From Opitutales bacterium (lineage in GTDB: Bacteria; Verrucomicrobiota; Verrucomicrobiia; Opitutales; PNEW01), in the NCBI GenBank assembly GCA_965219535.1, contig CBDCNV010000001.1:1290001-1322000 (forward strand): a DNA stretch of 32,000 bases, given 5' to 3'. Each line of letters opens with the position of its first letter. Within the stretch, counting starts at the first letter, position 1. The notes under the pieces were generated by a model. That model made no database searches and was not told where the DNA came from. It saw nothing but the letters and a program-made list of their open reading frames with translations. The position numbers and the translations under genes are program-made. Positions 25,585 through 32,000 of the stretch are shown one piece after another.

Positions 25585-26388
25585 ATGCTCACCAATCAAC
25601 AGCTTGACTTGTTCAACACCTTCGGCTTTCTGGTTTTACGCCAGTTATTCAGCCCCGATGAACTGGCGACCATCGAGGACGAATTTGAAAGCAGTCTCAA
25701 TGCCGCCTACCATGACAACCCTTTTGACGGCAGTAAGCGCCATTGGACAAAGACGCTGGGGCCGGAAACATCCCTTATGGCCAATCTGCTTGAGGATTCG
25801 CGCTTTCATGGGCCGGCTCAACAGCTCTACGGCGATGATGTGATTGGCATGGCCGCCGATGCCAACCGATACGTGGGTTACACCTCCTGGCATCCTGATC
25901 ACATCGCCGATCCCAGGAAAGACTGCTACGGGATAAAATTTGCCTATTATTTAGATTCTGTCGGTGCGCAGACAGGGGCTCTGCGGGTCGTAACCGGCTC
26001 CCATAAGTACCCGTTACACCAGGAAGTGGGGGACACGATCGAGCGCTGCGGTCTGGACGTTCCGGATATTCCCGGTTTCGTCTGCGAAAGCGATCCCGGC
26101 GACGTGGTGGCCTTCGACCTCCGGCTCTGGCACGCGAGTTGGGGTGGCGCGACAGGTCGCAGGATGTGCACTTGTGTCTATTACCATAATCCCCAGGGTC
26201 CAGAGGAAGAGGCAGCGACCCGCGACCGGGCTTCCCGCTCGGTCAAGACACCAACGCACTTCGGTCGGCCAAACGATCCGCTCTACCATCCTCACTGGCT
26301 GGAAAACGAGACCGGCAGCCCGATCCGTGAACGCTGGATTCGCCGGCTGGAGGAGCTTGGCTTCATGGATTCGCCAATCGCAGAATAA
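25585..26388 (+). CDS. PhyH family Fe(II)/2OG oxygenase, paralog 4 (GC-rich, opposite strand)
   Basis: FNTFGFLVLRQLFSPDEL at the N-terminus, WHPDH (HxD) and a distal His in RLWHASWGG. Confidence 0.8.
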   Translation: MLTNQQLDLFNTFGFLVLRQLFSPDELATIEDEFESSLNAAYHDNPFDGSKRHWTKTLGPETSLMANLLEDSRFHGPAQQLYGDDVIGMAADANRYVGYTSWHPDHIADPRKDCYGIKFAYYLDSVGAQTGALRVVTGSHKYPLHQEVGDTIERCGLDVPDIPGFVCESDPGDVVAFDLRLWHASWGGATGRRMCTCVYYHNPQGPEEEAATRDRASRSVKTPTHFGRPNDPLYHPHWLENETGSPIRERWIRRLEELGFMDSPIAE

Positions 26389-26593
26389 GCTGACCGCAGT
26401 AGCTCACTTAGAGAGATCAGCGGATGAATTATATTGTTTCTCTACCTACCCTGAACCAATCGGTATCATTCTAATAACTGTGGGGTATAGTTTGACAGGG
26501 CGACAAAGAGAAGCCTGACACCCTATGACTTGGTCAGCATATTGTTCACCGTGTTGATTGTGAAATCAAGCGTGAGAGAAACACAGCGACAGA

Positions 26594-27733
26594 TTAAGCA
26601 ATCAGTAAATAGGCTAAGGCACTGAATACCATCGCTACGGGCAGAGTGACTAACCAGGAGAGCAGTATGTTACCAATCACTTTTGTATTACGCTTACCGG
26701 TTACCATGCCAATGCCAAAAATAGATCCGACTGAAACATGAGTCGTGGATACGGGAACGCCGAGATTACTGGCAAAGATTACGAGGATGCCGGTAACCAG
26801 ATTCGCCGAAAATCCCTGTCCATGATTCAGGTCAGTAATTTTATTACTGATCGTTTCCGCAACGCGGCGCGCATTTATTAATCCACCGAGAGCTATACCC
26901 ACAGCAATGGCCACCATTTCCCACCGAATATCAAATGCATGTGCTGCGACGAGCAGACCTGCGATTTTTGGTGTATCATTTAATCCGCGTGCAAATGACA
27001 CCAGGGCAGCGCTTATCCCGTGAGCAATATCGAGCAGCATTTGCAGATTAAAGCCCCAAACACGGTCCGTATATAAATCCACACATTCGCTGGTGTTGGC
27101 AACAGCTACCGTGAATTTAGTCTGTGCTATATCATCCAGGCCGATGTTCATAGCCGTGGCTGCGGTGTCGCCCTGTTCCAGGGTCGTCAGGGGCACATAT
27201 TCCCGCTGTTGACCTAGACAAATGCAACTCTCCTTAGTTACCCCCAGTGCCTTGCGCGTGTGGGTAAAAATCCAATAGACAGATGCTCCCAGCAGCAGCG
27301 CAATAAAGGGGCTCGCGATGAGGGGAAGGAAAAAAGTGCTGCCCAGCATTTGAAAATTCACGTCTCCTCCTATGGCCATCATACCGGCACCCATTAAGCC
27401 ACCCACTAAACTGTGGGTCGTGGAGATGGGGAATCCCAGGCGTGTGGCAAGCAGCAACACTAATGCCGCCCCAAAACCAACCGCCATGAGAAATTCTATA
27501 CCCTCGGCTGTGCTCTCTGGCACCAGTCCCTTACCGGAAAAACTGGTCACTAAACCTTGGGCTAGAAAAATGGCGCAGATTGAACCGGCAAAAGTGGCGA
27601 TCGTGGCAATTGTTATCGCGGTCCGGTAACTTACCGTTCTACTCCCATAAAGGGTCGCTACTCCCTTGAAGTTATCATTAGCGCCATTCCAGTAGGCAAG
27701 AAACAGGGTAGCAATGACGAGTATGAAAAGCAT
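26594..27733 (-). CDS. PiT (PHO4) family inorganic phosphate transporter
   Basis: The N- and C-terminal GANDxxN/K-type signatures (YWNGANDNFKGVATLYGS; ARGLNDTPKIAG) are present, and the protein is highly hydrophobic (379 aa). Confidence 0.9.
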   Translation of the reverse strand: MLFILVIATLFLAYWNGANDNFKGVATLYGSRTVSYRTAITIATIATFAGSICAIFLAQGLVTSFSGKGLVPESTAEGIEFLMAVGFGAALVLLLATRLGFPISTTHSLVGGLMGAGMMAIGGDVNFQMLGSTFFLPLIASPFIALLLGASVYWIFTHTRKALGVTKESCICLGQQREYVPLTTLEQGDTAATAMNIGLDDIAQTKFTVAVANTSECVDLYTDRVWGFNLQMLLDIAHGISAALVSFARGLNDTPKIAGLLVAAHAFDIRWEMVAIAVGIALGGLINARRVAETISNKITDLNHGQGFSANLVTGILVIFASNLGVPVSTTHVSVGSIFGIGMVTGKRNTKVIGNILLSWLVTLPVAMVFSALAYLLIA

Positions 27734-27913
27734 GTAGGTGTCTTTAAATTGATCTTAATGTCGATACTCGTATGCAGATGATGGCTTGAGTAACTTTCAT
27801 GAGGATGAGAGACAGTTTGCGCCCCTTTTATTTCTGAAAAATATTCGGGGTTATTTTTATGTGCTGATTTTTCGTCTTTGGGACCTTCAATTTTTATTAA
27901 ATTTTTACTTGAA

Positions 27914-27953
27914 ATTACTACAGATATGGTAAACATTACTACATGCGTGGTAA
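27914..27953 (+). promoter_or_regulatory. candidate BlaI-family operator: two 19-bp repeats with 21-bp periodicity overlapping the blaI-like start codon
   Basis: attactacagatatggtaa (27914-27932) and attactacatgcgtggtaa (27935-27953). Each is an imperfect TTAC...GTAA dyad containing TACA. The ATG lies at 27943. Confidence 0.35.
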
Positions 27954-28335
27954 AAAACAGGTGAAATTATCTCGTTTGGAATTAGAGATGATGGAGCCAC
28001 TATGGGAGCTCGAAGAGGCTTCCATCAGGCAGATTCAGGAATGCATACCCAAGGACAGGCGCCCTGAATACACGACGGCTCAGACGATCATTAATAGATT
28101 GGAAGCAAAAGGAGCGGTTAAGCGTATTAAAAAAATCAGTAACGCGCATATTTATCGACCTCTTATCAATAAGAAATCAGCGATCGGAAACCTGGTTGAA
28201 GATTTCATCGATACTCTAGGGGGGTCAGTCCAACCGATGATGTCACATCTGGTTGAGACAAATAAGATTTCTTTAAAGGAGTTAAAGGAAATTGAAACGC
28301 TTCTAAAAGGCACTTCGAGAAAGAGAAAGAAATAA
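27943..28335 (+). CDS. BlaI/MecI/CopY family transcriptional repressor
   Basis: The winged-helix Penicillinase_R pattern is present: LSRLELEMMEPLWE...ASIRQIQE...TTAQTIINRLEAKGAVKR. Confidence 0.85.
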   Translation: MRGKKQVKLSRLELEMMEPLWELEEASIRQIQECIPKDRRPEYTTAQTIINRLEAKGAVKRIKKISNAHIYRPLINKKSAIGNLVEDFIDTLGGSVQPMMSHLVETNKISLKELKEIETLLKGTSRKRKK

Positions 28336-28350
28336 CAATCCTCTAATACT

Positions 28351-30051
28351 ATGAGTCCATCTCCATCATTCTGGATAGACCTTGGAAATCATTTATGGCA
28401 GGCCACATTATTTGGATTCTTTATTGCCAGTCTTGTCTATTTATTGAAAGGAATTCCAGCGCGCATTCGCTTTTATCTTGGATGGGTTGGGCTTCTAAAA
28501 TTTATCCTTCCTTCTGCTTTATTTCTTTTATTGCTCAGCGATGGTGTTCAAACGGCTCTTACTTCAATTTCACTGATAACAGAGTCGATTATGCCAATAG
28601 GTGCTATAATAACTGAGCCCCTGTTCCTATTTAAAAATCCGGATAGCATTCCGATTGAGAACCGTTTTGCCAATGGGGACACACTTATTTTATTAGGAGC
28701 AATATGGGCAGCAGGTTCACTGGCATTTTTTATCTTTTGGCAAATTAAGGTTCATCAGTTGCATAAACTGATAAGAGAAAATGCGGAACCCATTTCCGCG
28801 TCTGTAACGGCAAAGATAGACGCACTGAAAGATACCTTGGGATTAAAATGCCCTGTAAGCGCACTCTTAGTAAAAAAGAACATTGAACCCGGAGTGTTTG
28901 GTATTATCCGACCTCATTTAATTTTAACGCGAGAGCTATTAGAAGAATTCACAGAGGAGGAGTTTGATACAATTCTCATTCATGAGTTAATTCACATTAA
29001 GCATCGGGATAATCTCTGGGCACACTTACAAGTGATTATCCTGTGTCTATTCTGGTATCACCCTCTTGTCTGGTGGTTAATCCGACGTATAACAAACGAA
29101 TGCGAAAATGCCTGTGATGAAGAGGTAATAAAGTGCACGGGTAAAAATAAAGTATACGCAAAAGCTATTTTTAAAGTATCGCAGCTCTACACAGGCTTGA
29201 GGGTTTACGGATTTTCCGGAATTTCGTCGGCAAGACTTAAAGATAGAATTCAGTCTATCTTGGATCTTAAAAAATCTGGATTCTCAATGGGATTATACCG
29301 ATCAGTCATTGCCGCGGTATTAATCCTTCTGGGGATCAGTATTATTTTGGGTGGTTTGACACCCGATAGTGTTAAATTGCCAACAAAAACAACCTCATTT
29401 ATCGAGGGTAGGGGGCTCACAATGGAACCAATGCCAGGCGCAAATGAGACAGGGGAAAAAAATACGCACAGTAGGTTGTCTACAGCGAGTGAGAGCGCAA
29501 ATGAGAATGGTAATATAATTCAAGCGTTTAATAAGATGAATGAGGAACCGCTTCCTCAAACTGTCTATGTAGAATTAGGAAATTACCTCAGAAATCTGGA
29601 TTACGAGAGAGACAAAATTAACAGGGCGATAAATGATTTAAAAAAGTTAAATCATATCAATCCATCGTATGAAACGATTGAAGTCGAACGCGCACGGGTC
29701 GGCACAATCATTGATGTATTAGTGCAATACGACGACTACACTTATTACCCGAAGGTAAGAAAAAGTTTTGAACGTGTTCAGTTCGCGGTCGTTGAAAGAC
29801 AATCCGGTAAATACAAAGACCTGGAACAGATAACATTTGCTTATAATATTGAATCGAGAAGCAAACCACAGGTAAGAAAAAGTTATTACGGCGATAATAT
29901 CTGGATGGGTTCTTCGATCATCTATTTTAAAAATAAAACCGCAAAACGTAAAATTAAATCGCTTAATTCGGCTCTTAATGAACTCGAGATTAAAGAACGA
30001 GAAAAGTTTCAGGAATTAAGAAGCATACAAGATTCTACGACTAATAGTTAA
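28351..30051 (+). CDS. BlaR1/M56-family membrane metalloprotease signal transducer with a non-PBP C-terminal domain
   Basis: It has N-terminal TM helices, a zinc motif ILIHELIHIKHRDNLW (HExxH) and a further TM (VIAAVLILLGISIILGG). About 230 aa follow with no beta-lactam-sensor (SxxK) motifs. The gene is AT-rich. Confidence 0.8.
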   Translation: MSPSPSFWIDLGNHLWQATLFGFFIASLVYLLKGIPARIRFYLGWVGLLKFILPSALFLLLLSDGVQTALTSISLITESIMPIGAIITEPLFLFKNPDSIPIENRFANGDTLILLGAIWAAGSLAFFIFWQIKVHQLHKLIRENAEPISASVTAKIDALKDTLGLKCPVSALLVKKNIEPGVFGIIRPHLILTRELLEEFTEEEFDTILIHELIHIKHRDNLWAHLQVIILCLFWYHPLVWWLIRRITNECENACDEEVIKCTGKNKVYAKAIFKVSQLYTGLRVYGFSGISSARLKDRIQSILDLKKSGFSMGLYRSVIAAVLILLGISIILGGLTPDSVKLPTKTTSFIEGRGLTMEPMPGANETGEKNTHSRLSTASESANENGNIIQAFNKMNEEPLPQTVYVELGNYLRNLDYERDKINRAINDLKKLNHINPSYETIEVERARVGTIIDVLVQYDDYTYYPKVRKSFERVQFAVVERQSGKYKDLEQITFAYNIESRSKPQVRKSYYGDNIWMGSSIIYFKNKTAKRKIKSLNSALNELEIKEREKFQELRSIQDSTTNS

Positions 30052-30080
30052 TGATAATTTTCCAAATATCTATCAACACC

Positions 30081-31367
30081 TGGTCGGGTTACACAAACTG
30101 GTCCACTGAGAGAGTTAGTCTGGAGAGGTTAATGTTGAAGTTAAGTTGGTAGAGGAAGTCAAGGCTTGGGCGCAATGAGGGCGTAGCCCGAATGGAGCCC
30201 GAGCCTTCGGTATTGAGGTTTTGAGCGAAACGTTGTGGAGTAATATTGCCGAGGCTGCGGTGGGGTCGAACATGATTGTAAAGCCAGCGCCAATCTTCGA
30301 TCACCACGCGGGCTTCGGTCAAAGTCCACAGCTGTTCACGATTTAGACACTCCTCGCGAAAACGGGCATGGAACGATTCGATGTATCCGTTCTGCCAAGG
30401 GCTTCCTGGTTCGATATAGAGGGTATTGATTTTCATCGCAGTTAGCCAAGTTCGCAATTCCTTTTCAATAAACTCGGAACCGTTATCGCTGCGAATATAT
30501 TTTGGCGGCCCATGAGGGTCGAGCAGTTTTTGCATGACCCCGCGCACCTTCTGCGCATTGATATGGCGATCGACATGGATCACCCGGCACTCGCGGGTGT
30601 ACTCGTCAAGGACGGTGAGCATTTTGAGATTCCCACCGCGGACCGTCTTATCGTGGATAAAGTCCCAGGTCCAAACATGGTCGGGATGTTCGGCCTTCGT
30701 CGGCAGCCCGGTGGAGACACCCCTGCGCCGGCGTCTTGGCTTGCGTGGGGGAATCGCCAGGCCCAGTTCACGTCGCAGACCTTGCACGAGCCGTTTACCC
30801 ACCTGCCAGCCTTCGTCCTTCAACAGCTTCGTGATCTTCGGATAGCCCCACCTCGCGTATTGCCGTGATAACCGCCTTACTGCCGCCTTCAGTTTCGTTA
30901 GCCAGGCATCAGGATACTTCGCCCGATACGCATAGGTGGAGCGGTGCAGGTGAAAGTATCGGCACGCTCCACGTATCGAACACTGGCCCCGGGCCACAAG
31001 TCTCTCTGCCACTTGCCGCTTGTGCCCAGGGCTTACAGTTTTTTTTCGAGCGTCTCCTGCACAATCTCTATCCCCAGCAGCTTGTCCGCCAGCATCCGCT
31101 TTAACCGCGCGTTCTCCTTCAAAGAGTTCCTTCATCCGCTTGGCCTGGTTGACATCAATCATCCCAAGTTCACGTTTCCAGCGGTGGAAGGTCTGTTCGC
31201 TTATGTTGTTCTCGCGGCATACTTCCAGGATCGTTTTCCTTTTGTCTGCCTGCCGCAGCATCCGTATCTTCTCTTCGGTTGTATATCTTTTGCCTTTCAT
31301 TGTCTGAGTCCTTTCTAGGTGTCCCAGACTAACTTTTCTAGTGGACCAGTTTTCGTGGTCACGACCA
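30081..31367 (-). mobile_element. second, different IS3-family insertion sequence (1287 bp) with a frame-fusing mutation in orfA
   Basis: The terminal inverted repeats are TGGTCGGGTTACACAAACTGGTCCACTGAGAGAGTTAGTCTGG (from 30081) and the reverse complement of the right end, TGGTCGTGACCACGAAAACTGGTCCACTAGAAAAGTTAGTCTGG (ending 31367). The flanks (..caacacc / atagtga..) show no duplication. Confidence 0.9.
30089..31300 (-). CDS. IS3-family transposase, single 403-aa ORF (OrfA HTH fused in-frame to OrfB, leucine-zipper segment read out of frame)
   Basis: The N-terminus MKGKRYTTEEKIRMLRQ...ISEQTFHRWKRE (HTH) and the DDE core (WTWDFIHD, IRSDNGSEF, QNGYIESFHARFREE) share one frame. The segment between them reads AVKADAGGQAAGDRDCAGDARKKTV. 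The +1 frame of that segment gives the canonical KENARLKRMLADKLLGIEIVQETLEKKL-stop, ending at an A8 slippery run (31039-31046). Confidence 0.85.
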   Translation of the reverse strand: MKGKRYTTEEKIRMLRQADKRKTILEVCRENNISEQTFHRWKRELGMIDVNQAKRMKELFEGERAVKADAGGQAAGDRDCAGDARKKTVSPGHKRQVAERLVARGQCSIRGACRYFHLHRSTYAYRAKYPDAWLTKLKAAVRRLSRQYARWGYPKITKLLKDEGWQVGKRLVQGLRRELGLAIPPRKPRRRRRGVSTGLPTKAEHPDHVWTWDFIHDKTVRGGNLKMLTVLDEYTRECRVIHVDRHINAQKVRGVMQKLLDPHGPPKYIRSDNGSEFIEKELRTWLTAMKINTLYIEPGSPWQNGYIESFHARFREECLNREQLWTLTEARVVIEDWRWLYNHVRPHRSLGNITPQRFAQNLNTEGSGSIRATPSLRPSLDFLYQLNFNINLSRLTLSVDQFV

Positions 31368-31369
31368 AT

Positions 31370-32000
31370 AGTGATAAAATCTCATTTCTTAATACATTGC
31401 TCAATAACATCAGGGTTGTTTCGGGTATTGAGGCAGTAGCATTGACCTCTTCACATAATGAACCGATAGCAGTTCCCAGAATTATTATAATTGATGGGGT
31501 GAGTTATGCATCAGATGATGACTATCCGCGTGCTCAATTTGCAGGTATTTCTGATGGCTACTTCAATGTCTTTGGAGTCTCTATTTTAGAGGGAAGAGCA
31601 TTCAATCATACGGACATTGCCGATTCTCAGCAGGTAGCGATTGTTAATACTATTTTTGCGGAAAAGTATTGGCCGGATCAGAGTCCAATCGGTAAAATGT
31701 TTAAAGCAAAGGGTCCGGGAGAGAAGCCTTGGCTAACGGTTGTCGGTGTTGCACCGGATTTACAGATGGAGGGTTTTAATACAGTGAACAACGATGGCTC
31801 AGGATTTTATGTTCCCATGGCCCAGGAGACCGTATTCAATCAAAATATTACGACACGCCATATGACAGTCATATTACGGGGTACGGGAGATGATCCCATG
31901 AACTGGTTGCCCTCAGTGCGTACTGAGTTGCAAAAATTAAATCCCAATCAACCCCTTTATGAAATTAATACAGTTCAAGGTTATATTGATAAAATATCCA
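31370..32000 (+). pseudogene. MacB/FtsX-type ABC permease (periplasmic MacB_PCD region), 5' end removed at the IS junction; continues past the window end
   Basis: Hand translation from 31370 gives SDKISFLNTLLNNIRVVSGIEAVALTSS...GISDGYFNVFGVSILEGRAFNHTDIADSQQVAIVNTIFAEKYWPDQSPIGKMFKA...PWLTVVGVAPD...LRGTGDDPMNWLPSVRTELQKLNPNQPLYEINTVQGYI. This is the typical extracytoplasmic domain of ADOP/MacB-like permeases. There is no start codon or N-terminal TM segment before the IS boundary. Confidence 0.6.

Noticed and set aside
27822-27858. A CCCC-N21-GGGG hairpin followed by a T-rich run (plus strand) between PiT and blaI.
   Set aside because: The stem has only four clear GC pairs with an AT-rich, poorly paired interior, and no upstream plus-strand gene needs terminating. 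I note it but do not call it.
27658-27936. A 92-aa minus-strand ORF upstream of and overlapping the PiT start.
   Set aside because: It has a low-complexity His/Ser-rich sequence, overlaps the PiT N-terminus out of frame and covers the divergent promoter region.
2442-31367. A composite transposon formed by the two IS3-family elements.
   Set aside because: The two IS elements are different: their transposases are only about one-third identical by eye and their terminal repeats differ. The bracketed DNA contains the essential kds operon. There are no flanking duplications.
1-32000. A search by eye for CRISPR arrays, tRNA/rRNA/tmRNA genes, integrases, reverse transcriptases (retron/DGR) and toxin-antitoxin pairs.
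   Set aside because: I found no regularly spaced direct repeats, no cloverleaf-capable GC-rich 70-90 nt segments, and no ORFs with the corresponding motifs. Small structured RNAs cannot be excluded without covariance-model scans.

Overview
This 32 kb window appears to come from a Gram-negative (diderm) bacterium, because it carries a kdsA-kdsD-kdsC KDO/LPS operon. I cannot assign a taxon. Four PhyH-type dioxygenases, a cytoplasmic sulfatase, a GH32-like protein and mostly Shine-Dalgarno-less starts hint at a marine or host-associated uncultured lineage, but that is a guess.

Layout:
- 1-2323: a small accessory or defence-like islet. It holds a partial unknown gene, a roughly 250 aa unknown gene and a short Shedu-like DUF4263 nuclease.
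- 2442-3686: an apparently intact IS3-family element that truncates a C45-family gene.
- 4284-6169: an Ldh_2 dehydrogenase and KDPG-aldolase-like pair.
- 6376-25390: a run of 20 co-directional minus-strand genes. These are the kds operon, three PhyH paralogs, an NHL propeller, an orphan family-5 SBP, a sulfatase, an HpcH aldolase, three methyltransferases, cupin, DJ-1, HAD, ASCH, GH32-like, a VOC pseudogene and a CPT-like kinase.
- 25585-26388: a GC-rich plus-strand fourth PhyH gene.
- 26594-27733: a PiT phosphate transporter.
- 27943-30051: a BlaI/BlaR1(M56) pair with a non-canonical sensor domain.
- 30081-31367: a second IS3-family element with a frame-fusing 1-nt insertion.
- 31370-32000: a 5'-truncated MacB/FtsX-type permease.

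I found no rRNA, tRNA or CRISPR array.

The most unusual signals are:
- the stand-alone Shedu-like nuclease with an unknown upstream partner;
- a modular intergenic repeat family around the sulfatase and aldolase genes, with a mini-ORF whose copies differ almost only at synonymous sites;
- an in-frame TAG in the VOC gene;
- two IS elements that both lack target-site duplications and both border half-genes.

All family assignments are motif recognition by eye. No database search was possible.
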